This document shows positions 13,611 through 26,899 of a stretch of 64,000 nucleotides of DNA, in pieces. Both the position numbers and the translations under genes were made by a program. The notes under the pieces were generated by a model, which was not told where the DNA came from, did no database searches, and worked only from the letters and a program-made list of their open reading frames with translations. Source of the DNA: Octopus sinensis (taxonomy: Eukaryota); NCBI RefSeq assembly GCF_006345805.1, contig NC_043000.1, forward strand, positions 55,614,001 through 55,678,000. The letters run 5' to 3'. Each line of letters begins with the position of its first letter. Positions within the stretch are counted from its first letter, which is position 1.

Positions 13611-14904
13611 TTCACATACCTCCCTTTTACATACACACACATATACATACACAGAGTTGAAACGCTCCCACTTCCAGTTTGCCATCACCCCTTCCTTCCT
13701 TATTTATCTATCACCTCTTCCTTTCTTATTCATATGGTGTGACGGAGAAAAACACAAGAGTATTATTGTAGTAGATAGAAAGTACTGCTAACAAGGCTGT
13801 GGTATCTAATTAAGATTCACTTTTATCGTTGTTTCGATTTCTATAAAATGTGTCTGGTTTCATCTTTTTGTTGCTCTTTAACCTCATAGTAGCCTCACTT
13901 AGTAGACTTACGATCGAAAGTATTCCGGTCTCTTTATTGAGACAGTGTGCTATCTAGGATTCAATTGCCCAATGTTTCTTCTCCGCGTATCATTTAAGGA
14001 ATGTCTATTGCATGTAATAGTTATCTTTTGGATATGTCTCATCTATTACACTTTTGCAATGTTGAACTCCGAAGGAAAGTAGGTTATTATCCGGCTTTCA
14101 AAGTTTTTACTTCCCTTAACCTCCATAGAAGAAGTGTTGCAGCATCAGAGATTATTCAATTCGGTTATTTGCGAGTTTGAGCTTCATTCACGCTGAGGCC
14201 AGCTTCGCCTTTCCTCTCTCCAGGTTCGATAGAATAAGGATCAACATAACTTCTGGAGTGAATATAATTAACTAATTCTCCCGTGAAAATAGCTGGCTTT
14301 GTGCCTAAATTACAAGCAATTATTATTCCGAAACAGTAGTATATCTGCCATAAAGAACATATTAATTAATTTTCTATCATCGTGTTAGATTTTATTTTTT
14401 ATTAGAATCCCATCAGAGCTGAATTCTTCAGAGGGTCAATAAAATAAAATGCCATTCAAGGACATAGGTTAAATTTTATCTATTATACCCTCCTACCAAA
14501 ATCATGGCTTTGCGCCCATCTTGATAATTTTCTTTCTCCGACTTTTTTTATAACTTTTGAAGTGTCATATACTACTAAATATTCGTATTAATATTATTAC
14601 TATAAGTGTCACTTTGTATAATGATATGAAATATTATGTCGACTGTTCAAGGTTTATTATAATTTCAAGTCGATGAAACGATGAAATAATCAACAACCAA
14701 ACAAACGGCTATTCTGTTTTAGAAATATACGTGGGCTAGAATCTAATTCACAAATCCATATTATGATTGGTAGCGCTGGATAATATGTCGTTCTGTATTT
14801 ACTTCCATTTTAAGCTTATGCAGTCTGGCTAGATCTAAATAAGTACTACACAAGTGCTGAAGCAGATATAACCAAGTATAGCATTCTCTGGGTTCGTGAA
14901 AGAA

Positions 14905-14912
14905 ATAATAAC

Positions 14913-14979
<67 letters not shown>

Positions 14980-15019
14980 TAATAATAATAATAATTATTA
15001 TTATTATAATGATAATGAA

Positions 15020-15087
<68 letters not shown>
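14905..15087. repeat. (AAT)n microsatellite
   Basis: About 180 bp of near-perfect AAT repeats. Confidence 0.95.
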
Positions 15088-15088
<1 letters not shown>

Positions 15089-15240
15089 GTCAAACAACTG
15101 ACAAGCAACTCTGTGGTATTGAGCAGAATATTTGTTGTAGCCCATGTTTTATACCAAGACAAAACAATGTACATGATAACACTTCCAATCAGTTAAGATG
15201 AGAAGCCGCGACGGCCACATCGTGGTACTGCATCATAGCA
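15088..15240 (-). mobile_element. 5' fragment of the non-coding TAA-associated element (family C)
   Basis: Reverse complement matches 33772-33920 (GCAGTACCA..CTTAACTGA..ATCATGTACATTGTTTTGTCTTGGTATAAAA.ATGGGCTACA). Bounded by AAT/ATT runs on both sides. Confidence 0.75.
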
Positions 15241-15288
<48 letters not shown>

Positions 15289-15292
<4 letters not shown>

Positions 15293-16371
15293 TAGTTTTA
15301 TTTTTATAGCGTGCTTTCACTTCACTACCGAGCGCAGCTCTGTGTGCCTTGGGTATGTGCTGTGATTTGTTGTGATGCTCTGATGGTTATTGTATGGAAA
15401 GTGTTCTGCGTAGGATGTGTGCAGTACCTAGTAGTGCAATTTTCTGTATGTTATATGTGTTTGTAAGTCCTGGTGTTTTTGTTATGTATTTGTCTGAATA
15501 TGTTTTTATCATGCCTAATGCACCTACTATGATAGGAATTGTTTCTGTTTTCAGATTCCACATTCTAGTTACCTCTATTTCCAGGTCTTTGTATTTTGAG
15601 AGTTTCTCCATTTCTTTTAGAGACACGTTGTCATCTGCCGGTATTGATACATCAATTAGAAAGCATTTTTTTCTTCATGATCTCTGACAACTATATCTGG
15701 TCTGTTGGCCTTAATTTCTCTATCTGTGTGTATCGGCATATCCCAGAGTATGTTTGCTTTCTCGTTTTCTGTGACCTTTTCTGGTGTGTGCCTATACCAT
15801 CTTTTTTCTGTTGTTATTCCATAATGTTGGCATAGCTTCCAATGTATGTAGGTTCCAACTCTGTCATGTCTGTGAATATATTCCTTCTTAGCCAGGACTG
15901 GGCAGCTAGAGATAATATGATTTATTGTTTCTTGTCCATCTCCACATATTCTGCAGTTACTTGTAATATTTCTTTTCATTACATGTTTTTAATTATTTCT
16001 GGTGGGGAGGCTTGGTCTTGTGCTGCAATTAAAGATCCCCTGTTTCTCTGCTTTGAGTCCTGAGCTTCTCACCATTGCTGGGATTTTTCTTTGTCTATTT
16101 CTTTTGCGTTTAGTTTAGTGCAGTATTTACCATGAAGGGGCTTTTCTTGCCATCGTTTATCATGGTTCGTTGCTGTTCTATTTTTAGTTTGGATTTCATT
16201 TGTTTTATAGCTTTTGTTGTTTCTTCATCATCTTCCTCTTCTTCTTCGTGTTTGTTAGGTGGTATGATTTCTTGTTTGTATTTGTCAGCTTCCTTAAATA
16301 CTGAGAGCAGTTTTTTGTTTTGCTCGTGTTTTGCTGCTATCTGGATCAGTTTTCCTTCCTTCTGAAGTAGG
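15289..16371 (-). mobile_element. R4/Dong-clade non-LTR retrotransposon, 5'-truncated (Dong-a)
   Basis: CCHC knuckle CRICG..ETINHIISSC, RHD motif, REL endonuclease NRPDIVVRD, and KLSKYKDLEIEV..W....IPIIVGALG...LLGTAHILR; 3' UTR followed by (AAT)n. Frameshifted. Confidence 0.92.
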
Positions 16372-16426
<55 letters not shown>

Positions 16427-16661
16427 CTTCCGACGCCGATGGACGTACGTGAATCAGCTCCGTGAATTTGACGACCAATTTCATTGGAAATCTATTGATA
16501 GGTTTGAATATTTTTTATATTTTTTGTAGCCAAACCGACCGGCTTCTTGCGGAGCTCGTCGGTTGGGCGAAATTTTGCCCCATTCGGGGTGAAATTACGT
16601 TTTAAAATTTTGAACATTTGACATTTTTCAACATTTTGAATATTACAAAAACAAAAAAAAC

Positions 16662-18566
16662 ATGGCTATGAAGCGAACAGTTGGCTGTTCCTTCCTTCAA
16701 GATACATTCCCTCCCGCAACAAACACACACAACTCGTCCCAAACACCCACTTCACGCCTTAAAAGGCAACAAAGATCCTCCTTCCGAACCGGAGAGCACG
16801 CGCTCGGTTCAAAGGAGAATGCAGCCAGGACGTCGCGTTCGACGTAATTCTCGATTTCCCCCTCTGCCTTCACACCCAATGCTTTGGTACGGAAGGAGGA
16901 GGGAAAAAAAACAAATACAAAAATCATCACAAACATTGACACGGAGATAAAAGAAAAAACTTCCAACAATTTTGCTTCTGCTGCGAAGCAAATTCGGAGG
17001 AGTTAAGATAACTCTAGAAGATGTGAAAAGAGCGAAGGAGTTGTTGAGAAGATGGCAAGGGCATCTTCCTCAATACTCCACAAGAGGTGATTGAAAGCAC
17101 CAACAAGAAAACAATAATTTACAAAGTTTTCGACAGAAAACTAAAAAGAATAACAAATGCCACACCCCAACAGTTGGAGATAGCTCTAAAGCCCATTTGG
17201 GCCCAAAAGAGCTACGTAACCAAGGGGAAGCGTTTTGGAACCGTGGAGGGTCGCTTCCCACAGAGAGCTTGCAAGGGCGAACGCCATTTTGCCCTTGCAA
17301 ACTGAGAATTTGTTACTAGTTCCGACCCAACCTCGGGCGAAGAGTAACAAAAATAAAAATCGACCTCGCCCCCCCCCCTGAGCTAGATATGTCATGGCTG
17401 GTGGCAGCTGTCCTCTATGATATAGAGGACACACCACCATTCTAGATGTCAGGAGAGTGAGGGCGAAAAACTGGTTGGGGATGGGAGTGCTGCTGTCTTG
17501 CGCAAATTCAGCAAGACAATATAAGTAAAGTCCCTGATTTCGTAAGTTGCCGGACGGCACCAGGCTAAACGTTGCTGTGGAGGGGCGAAAGCCAAAATGT
17601 TTTCTCTGCAGCAGCGAAAGCCACTTAAAGAGGGACTGTCCCATTCACAAAAAGAGGATGGAGGCTTTCAGCAAGAGGCAGCGCAACAACAACAACAACA
17701 ACAACAAGCAACCACACCAGAACACACAAACAAGCAAGAACACCAAATGCTGCCACAAGATACCACCACACCATCACCACACCAGCACCAAGACGAACAA
17801 CACCACTCCTCCAACAACAACAACCACACCAAACCACCCGACAACCACCACCAAACCAACACCGACACCAGTACCTCGAAGGTCGACAGCAGCGACATCA
17901 ACAGTAACAGGAGCAGCGGCACCACCGATACCGGCGGAACCAAAAACTTTTCGTCCTGCTACTGAAGCAGACCCCTCAACCATTCCTTTGCCGGATGAAG
18001 AGATCTCGGATTGTGCGAGCTCTGATTCCAACAAAGGAAAGAATGGAACATAGTGCCTCCAAAAAAGAAAAGGAGGAAAAAACAAAAAGATTTACAGGGG
18101 AAACACGAACAATAGTACTACTTCCCAACATCAACAACAACATCAACAACAACACACAGTCACAACAACAAACAACAACAACAACACTTTCGACACACTA
18201 CTACTGCCACTACCACAGACACAAACAAACACAGACACAATTACAGACACGATTACAGCAGTGAATACAAGAAACCAGGAACTGGTTGAGTATTTGAAAA
18301 ACAAAACAAGCACAAACATTACAGATTTCATAATACCTACACACAACACACCACCAGCACACATTCTCACAATAAAAATAAACAAAACAGTTTACAACGA
18401 AATAAAACAAATATTCCCTAACGATGTGGGATCGTTAGGGAAAAGTTTCTCTCAGAAACTTTACAAAAATATTATTGAAGCACCCGTGCAAAAGCAAAAG
18501 GGAGCCACCCCCACCACCACAACAGTAAGTAGAGCCTTTTTTCTCCTTTTTTTCCCTAACTTTTGA
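16662..18566 (+). pseudogene. Tx1 ORF1 (gag-like) with CX2CX4HX4C knuckle; frameshifted
   Basis: Fragments 17087-17305, 17547-18053 (KPKCFLCSSESHLKRDCP), a Thr/Pro/Asn-rich linker and 18261-18566. The stop lies 3 nt before the ORF2 ATG. Confidence 0.75.
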
Positions 18567-18569
18567 AAC

Positions 18570-21500
18570 ATGGCAAATCTTAGAATCGGTTGCTTGAATG
18601 TGAGAGGCCTCGGGTCACCTTGGAAACAGGGTCACCTGTGAAACGACCTGAGGTTTCATGATGTGGATGTAGCAGCCATCAGTGAAACCAGGCTCTCCCA
18701 CCCGCAGGAACTCGCAGCCCTTTTCGGCGGATACGAGATATTTCTATCTCCGTGTCGGCCGGGAGCGGGCGGTGGTGGTACTGCTGTGTTGTTTCGGAAG
18801 GGCCTGGACCTGAAAATAAGGACAGTCTTCTTGGATCCGGAAGGTAAGTTGGTGGTCCTCGACGTCGACGGTAGTGACGGCGGTGCTTTCAGACTGCTGG
18901 CTGCCTACGCTCCGACAGGAGCAGGGCAGTCGGATTATTTCAAACGTCTGGAAGTTTTCGGGAACTCACGCACTCTAGTACTAGTGGGGGATTGGAACGC
19001 TGTCTTAGACGAACGTTTCGTGATCGAGTGGGCAGGGGGAGCGTCTGATAGGAGAGGGGGGGTGCAAGAGCCTCGCCAACCTACTCGGCACGCTTTCAGC
19101 TGTCCGACAGGTTTCGACTAGACAACCCGAATGTGCCAATGTGGACTTGGACAAACCGCATCGGGTCGTCTAGATCGTACTTAGATAGAGTGTTTTGTAG
19201 GCCAGCGGATAAGGACAGCGTAGGGTGTCCACAATTCCACCTAGTCGAATATACGGACCACAAATTAGTGATCTGTACGGTCGACTTAGATAGGCTACAT
19301 AGACAGGGACCCGGCTACTGAAAGCTGAACGCGTCGTTAACGGCGTGCAAAGCTTACAGAGACCGGATTAGTTTACTAGTTAAGCGGCGCGCTCACGGGG
19401 GCAATCATCAACAACAACTGGTGGTTTGCCCTCAAGAGAGCAATTAGAGTAGAGTCGATTAGGTATAGTAAGACTCTAGCTATTGAACGTAGGAAGAGAG
19501 GAGCGGGATTTAGTTAAGAAACTAGACGAGGCTCTTGACACTGGCATCGCGACCGACGTGTTGGCGGCAAGGTTGGCCTCGACCAACACTTCGACCCAAA
19601 CACGAAGGCTGCGTTGTCAGAGCTAAGCACGTTCGCTAAGCGGGGAGGGGACTAGAGCAGCCGCTCGTGGGCCCGCGTGGCGGAGGCGAAGCGAGGCAAC
19701 AGAGCAACCATTCGGTCTTTGGTGGACCAGAACGGGCGCGAGGTTACCTAACCGAAGCAGATGTGTACGGTGCTTCAGCGGCACTTTGCTCAACTGTTTG
19801 GGACGAGCGGTGGAACGGACACCAACGGTACAGACTTCGGTGTACCTGGACGGACTGCCGCAACTCTCGGACAGCGAGGCAGAGTGCTGCGAAGGACCGA
19901 TATCTGCCTGGGAAGTACAGGAAGCGATGAAGAGTTGCACGAGAGGTAGATCGCCGGGTTTGGATGGTCTGCCCTACGAGCTTTACTTTTCAATGCCAGA
20001 CTTGTTTGCGGACCTGTTGGCAAACGTCTACTGCAACTGGCAGCAAAACGGGAGAATTCCTGCTTTTGTCTGTCGAGGGGTGGTGGCTTTGCTAAAGAAG
20101 GACCCAAACAAGGGGGACGTTATAGGGAAATTCCGGCCCATCACTCTGCTCAATGCAGAGTTGAAGATTTTGGCCAAGGTGCTAGCCAAGAGATTGGCGC
20201 TTGTCGTGGACAAGCTGGTCGGCGAGACGCAGACATGCGCCGTGCCGACCAGGTCGATACACGACAACCTCCATCTCATGCGCTACATCATAGAGAGGGT
20301 GGGTAACGACGCTGGCGCGGGTGGGGCTTTGATCAACTTGGATCAGAGTAAAGCCTTCGATAGAGTCGACCATCGGTACCTTGCAGCTGTCCTCAGGGCA
20401 GCCGGCTTCGGTCCAGTCTTCCGCGGGTGGATCGCTGCTTTATACAGCAACATCTGCTCAGTAATACGGGTGAACGGTCACCTTTCGGAACCGTTCGACA
20501 TCTCGCGTTCGGTCCGCAAGGATGCCCTCTCTCCTCCCTCTTGTACATTTTGACTCTCGAGCCATTACTGCGCAAGTTGGAGGCTTTGAGGGGTATCCCG
20601 GCGATCTAGGAGGCGGAAACAGCGTGTCTGCTTTGCGGACGACGTCACCGTGGTGGTGTCGAGCCACAGGCACATTGGCCTGATTGGCGAGACGCTAAAC
20701 CAGTACGAAGCGGTGACAGGGGCAAAGATTAACGCGGAAAAGTCTGTGGGCTTGCAACTGGGCACCTGGAGAGGCAAGCCCATCCGTCCAACAGCGTCGT
20801 AGGGCGCTGGACAGACGGACCCGTTAAACTGCTCGGGGTCTGGTTCGGTCTGGACTCTCCAGGTGGATAAGAACTGGGAAGAGGTGACGAGCAGGGTGGC
20901 ACGTCTCACCCAGAAATGGGCCGAGAGGAGCTGTCCCTGAAAGGTCGAGCGGAGTGGCGAATGCGTACATCGCATCCGTCATCTATTACCGCTTGACCGT
21001 CGTCCCTTGTCCCGACCGCTGGTTGGCCAAGCTGGTACGTCTGCTCTTCGACTTTTTGTGGAAGGGTCAGGTGCCACTGGTCAGGCGATCCATCTGCTGT
21101 CAACGACCGCTGAACGGAGGCCTTGGAATGCCGTGGTTGCTGTTGCGCAGACATGCGCTCAGGCTGCGGCATCTCAAGCGCTTCCTAGACGGTGAACAGG
21201 TGTGGTCGTCTTTTGTCAGACGCGATTTTCCGCAGCTCGTCTCTTTGACGGAACTGCAGACCTGGATCAAACGTAGACCGAGAAAGGGCGCTTGGCACCT
21301 CGAGTGCCGTCAAGCCCTCTCCGCCCTCCGCAGGCGGGCAATGCGGTCGGTTACAGCTCCACTCTAGCGTTCTATAGAGGGTTAGTGGAGGAAAAATGCG
21401 ACGACGTTCTCGGGGAACTCTAGGCGTTGAAGATGACGAACTGTGCGGTCTGTTCGGGAGGACTTTCGGGCCGGGGCCGATGGATAATTTCCAGAGGTCT

Positions 21501-21996
21501 CTCGCTTGGCAGTGCTACCGAGGGGCTCTGCCTGTTCGAGATAAACTCTACCGGCACGGAAGTGCCGTCAGCCGGGCCTGCCCGAGGTGTTGCCAGGACG
21601 ACGAAACCGTTCTGCACGCACATCGTTCAGTGCCCGAGTATTGCTGAAATATGGGTTTATGTCGAACAGCTACTGTCACGTGTAGGACGGATCCGACTAT
21701 CGGCCGAATCCATAGTGAAGATTGCCCCGCCGACCTCCTTTAACAAGGAGGGCGAGGCCGTTTTCTTGTGCCTAGTGGCTGTGGCGAAAGAGGTCGTGTG
21801 GTGGACTCGTTTGAAAGGGCTAAAGACAGACACTTTCCTCTTTGGTCAAGGCCTCATCAACTTTTTCAAGTTTCACTTGAAAAGGAAGATGAGGTTAGAG
21901 AGGAAAGTGCTGTCCGATAGCAAGTTTTATGAAAGGTGGGTGAATTGTGCGAGACTGGCCTGTATAAATGGACCAGTTCTCAGGTTTCGCCTGTGA
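18570..21996 (+). pseudogene. Tx1 ORF2: apurinic-like endonuclease + reverse transcriptase + C-terminal zinc finger; multiple frameshifts and stops
   Basis: MANLRIGCLNVRGL, AAISET, LVGDWN, SYLDRVF, TDHK (APE); SPGLDGLPYE, FRPITLLN, LDQSKAFDRV, QGCPLS, FADDV (RT); CPRC..DDETV.H...C near 21580-21650. Confidence 0.92.
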
Positions 21997-22278
21997 TTTC
22001 AAAGAAAAAGGTAATGTAAGAGGAGAAGAAAGGGGACTCACTACACCCCCTTTTTTTGACCAGGCTCCCGTTGGCTTTTGTAGGGTTTTTTCCACCAGGA
22101 ACCTTTCGAGACGTCTCCCCCTTTTGGGAGTTTTTCATTGTTGAATTTTATAAGTTGTTATAAAGATTTTTACTCGATGTTTTTAAAAAAACGGCAAAAC
22201 CCTTTGTAACCTTTCGTCCTGTCTTGTCCCTTTATGTAATCATGCGTGTCAGCCCTTGTGGCCAATAAAAAAGAATTG

Positions 22279-22340
<62 letters not shown>

Positions 22341-22376
22341 TACTACTACTAGTACTACTACCACTACTACTACCTC

Positions 22377-22425
<49 letters not shown>
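22279..22425. repeat. (ATT)n/(ACT)n tail and putative target-site duplication
   Basis: (ATT)20, an ACT-rich segment, then (ATT)16 followed by CCTTC, mirroring (ATT)18-CCTTC at 16372-16430. Confidence 0.8.
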
Positions 22426-22426
<1 letters not shown>

Positions 22427-22650
22427 CTTCATAACACGGTGTAGGTAAAAATACACCGCAGTCTTTGGTCATCTGTCAAGTCACAACAAGGACCTTTCTT
22501 TAAAATGTGCGCTGTGCCGAAGAAGGCTGCTTTTTGGAAGACACCAATCTTGCATGGGATTTCCAGTTGCCTTAAGATGTCTTGAAGTTTCAATGGGATA
22601 GGACCCAACGGTCCGATCACCACTGGTATCACTTTAATATCCCCCCTTGC
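22426..22650 (-). mobile_element. R4/Dong-clade 3' end (Dong-b)
   Basis: IPVVIGPLGPIPLKLQDILRQLEIPCKIGVFQKAAFFGTAHILKK is the Dong C-terminal motif; 3' UTR runs into (AAT)n. Confidence 0.85.
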
Positions 22651-22769
22651 ATTCTATACAGTCTTGCCATTTTCACTTTCAATTCGGAGCGTATATATAT
22701 ATTATATATGTGTGTGTGTGTGTGTGTTTGTGTATTTATGTATGTATATATGTATGTGTGTATGTATGT

Positions 22770-23330
22770 CAGGTCACTTTCGAGTGCTACTGGTAACATG
22801 TAACCCAATACAACCTGTTGCATGGTCGGGTCGTCGGCGACTAAACCGGCAACCCCACCAAGCTTACTTGGTGAGGAGGGTGTTTATTGGACACTATGCG
22901 AGATGAAAAACAAAACCCGTCAAAGGGCGGAGGAACTCTTGAGAGTCAACGGCCATCCAATAAATGTCTTAAGGCTGTATCATGCGCGAGGACATAGAAA
23001 TAATCGGACTGAATACCCAATCGCGCGGTTAAACCATTGGGAGTGAAGGACTCCTAGCCTTTGTTAGGGCATCTTTCATGGGGAAGGTAACTCAGGTAAC
23101 TGGGATAACTCCGACACAAAACCTGCGGCTCAGTGGTTACCGATGATATTGACTTGTTCTTCTCTTCGGATTATGGCTGCTGTTACTTAGTGAGTGGGAT
23201 TGACTCAGGGCACAGCCTTTCCCCACTTAAAAAATCTTCTTGCACAGGCATTGCACGATAACAACATTGATTAAGCTACGTGCAATGGTCATACTCGATA
23301 ATGAGGGGGCAGCTACCATGTATGTATGTA
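22770..23330 (+). mobile_element. Non-coding RTE-like element (5' UTR-type sequence with an (ATGT)n tail)
   Basis: GC-rich, hairpin-rich 560-bp unit between (TATG)n runs. GGGAAGGTAACTC resembles the RTE 5' UTR motif GAAGGAAAACTC. No RT coding. Confidence 0.5.
22792..22849 (+). ncRNA. Candidate decayed HDV-like ribozyme
   Basis: Elements appear in HDV order: P1 (..CATG/CATG..), L3 with CC, GG (22828-22829), P4 GTCG-TCGG-CGA, C at 22841, TAA, P2' ACCGG. P1, P2 and P3 carry mismatches. Confidence 0.35.
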
Positions 23331-24423
23331 TACTTCTGAATGAATACTTCGGGGTGTAAGCTGAAATATTTTCAGCTCTGTAAGTGCTTTCTACATAGAA
23401 ATTCTCACGAGCTTATCTGTTAACTCTATGTATTTGTTATATGTACATAGATATATCCATTTATGTGTGTGTATGTGTGTGTGCGTGTAAGTAGTGTACT
23501 TATCGCTGCCACTCCCTTGTAATTGTATGCCCTGTACAATGAATGATATAATAGTGAAAATTGATACTTTTCTATCACGCTGATTCACTTCAGACGAATA
23601 CTTCTTTACGATATGTGAGTACCACATTTATTAATTAGGTATATGTATGCATATATGCATGCAACATCACCTAGACCTGCAGAATAAGCATATATTATAT
23701 ATTTGTGCATCTGCACAAGCCTGTGAATATATGTGTGTGTATATAAGTGTGTGAGCGCACGCGTAGACGTGCGAAATCGAACAGGATGAATAAAAGATAT
23801 TACGATTCCGCTTAATTTTCGGCACCTGAAATAGAGGTTAAGTGTAGTATGTTTTTTAACAGTATTTTAATAAATACAGTGACGGTGACGATTGAAGTGA
23901 GCTAGAATAGAAAAGGTGCCATGGTGATTAGATATGATTGAACCTCTATGAGATCAATAATCAAGAAATGCCTGGTAGAATAATACAGTTACACAATATG
24001 CATATATTATGTTCAATACCATAAGATAGTTAAATGCTTGTAAATATATTATGGTACTTCATATTCCACTTTTATCGATCCCATGTACAAGGATATGTAT
24101 CTCATCAGGAGAGAAGTATTTGATTTGAGATGACTGGAGTTATATTCTGCGCTTCATTTCTCACAATGCATCTATTTTAATGCTACAAGTTTCATCGCCC
24201 ATATGCATTTGCTGTGCTTCACCTGGTGACTTCACATATCACATTAATTGATGTCTTCTCAGACACACTCACGCTCATGCAAACACACGCGCACACATAT
24301 ATACACACATACACAAATACACTAATACATATTCCGACATACATAATTATATACATAAATTGACAGACTCATAGACAGACAGCTAGACAGACAGTCAGTC
24401 AGATAGTTAGTTAGATAGATAGT

Positions 24424-24506
<83 letters not shown>

Positions 24507-24539
24507 TGGGAGACATATATATGTGTGCGTATCTATCTA

Positions 24540-24659
<120 letters not shown>

Positions 24660-24785
24660 ATATAATATATATATATACACACGTATAAAGCTACAAAAAT
24701 ATAAATGTGAATATATATATTTGTGTGTGTGTATCAATACGCATATGGATAGATAGGTAGATAGGCAGGTAAATAGATAAACACC

Positions 24786-24866
<81 letters not shown>

Positions 24867-25829
24867 ATCCTTTGAAAATTTACCTAAAATGCATAATGGA
24901 AAATTTCTAAGGATTACTTCATTACTTAGTCTGAAGGATTCCTTAACTACTTCAGATGAAAGGAACTAACTGATATGTGGTTGGCAGATTCGTTAGTGGA
25001 TTTAATGGAATATACATGGTTTCCCGAGTGATGGCAGTTAATAGAAGGGAGCTAATCACACATTCATAATACGCGGATGAGAAATTCGAATTTGAAAAAT
25101 AGGCACAGAAGTCACATAAGTATTGTTATTTTCTTTTTTTATTTATTACAATGTACTTATAGTTTGAATAGAAGGCTTTACAGTTTTTACTCTCAATCTC
25201 TGCGGAAATGTGCGGAAATGTGCAAGGGGTGCTCCGTCTCTTTGCATTCAGAAATTAATACCTGCCATGACAAAGGTACCATGGTGTACACGACCCAAGT
25301 CTCTGGTCTTTCCTTTCGATAAATGACAGTGGTGTGATAATGAGATCAGCATGAGTAAATGCTACAGTTCTTCAAAAACGATTTTCCCATGACTATGGAT
25401 ATATATTAAGACGTATGGCCGGCAGATGCCCCAAGAAAGTGCTACTCTAGATTGTAAGATAACTTATAGTGAAGCACTCACCATTTACATGTGTGTCGCA
25501 TATGCTCCCCCCCCCACACCTACACACGCACATAAAAACACACTTATGTATTTGTGTGTGGATGTGTGCACGCTAATGTATGTGTATGTATGCATAAAGA
25601 GTAAAATCTGTAGATTTTTATGTCCGGTTTTGTTTTCGCAGATGCAGCCTTGAAGGCAAATGCAAATAGATAGCTGAACCTATTCTATAATTCAACAACG
25701 GTGTCTCCATACACCAACTTTATGATTATTTTCGCTAACCTTCTTGTCCATAAATGTATACTTAACCAGCTACACCACATGTATATAAACACACACGCTC
25801 ACACCCACATACCCATATATATATATATA

Positions 25830-25883
<54 letters not shown>

Positions 25884-25980
25884 ACTAAGTACTTTTATGC
25901 GATGCGTTGTGTGTGCTTCTCTTCCTGATTGTTTAAACATATACTGTATAGTTATTTATCTAATTATCTAGAGATATTCG

Positions 25981-26113
<133 letters not shown>

Positions 26114-26493
26114 CATAGGGCTATAAAGTAGGCATGTGAGATATTTTAAAATATATGTTTTGTTCAGAGAATAAATGTCTCTGCAACATATAGAGTAAAT
26201 CTGAAAATGTTTGTGAAACATGTGCTTCCGACTTTTAGATCTTCATTTTAGCAACTATCAATGCTATCATCATTGTAATGCTGTAGGATTGATACTTTCG
26301 ATAAGTAAATAGAATATCACGTAATAGCACTATAATTTATTGCAGAGATATTTGACTTCTAAAGCTATACTTTTCCATGTAACTTAATGCCTCAGAAAAC
26401 TGTAATTTTGCATGCAGTAAATGGATGTAAAGACCACTTATATTTCAAATTCTCAGACAACTTATTCTGTAGCTTCCCAATTCATATTTATGC

Positions 26494-26535
<42 letters not shown>

Positions 26536-26766
26536 ACATATAAGTATATATATACATATATATACATATATATATATATATGTATATACGTATAGATGTA
26601 TACACATGTATGTATGTATAGATTTATGGATATATATATATACATATATGTACATGTATGTGATCATATACATACATTTATTTATATATATATGTATATA
26701 TACACATACACCTACGCACATGTATATATTTATATATACTGTTATATATATGCATATACAAGTCAG

Positions 26767-26799
<33 letters not shown>

Positions 26800-26852
26800 A
26801 TACACACTTATGCATGTATATATATATCTATATAATATATATTATATACACA

Positions 26853-26899
<47 letters not shown>

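Larger units (their letters stand above)
16431..22278 (+). mobile_element. Near-full-length L1/Tx1-clade LINE
   Basis: 5' UTR, ORF1 with a CCHC knuckle, ORF2 (APE-RT-zinc finger), 3' UTR with AATAAA at 22264, then an (ATT)n/(ACT)n tail. Confidence 0.92.

Noticed and set aside
25200-25500. Possible host exon(s) on the minus strand with GT donors near 25255 and 25490
   Set aside because: Open frames are short and give no recognisable protein; splice signals alone are not enough.
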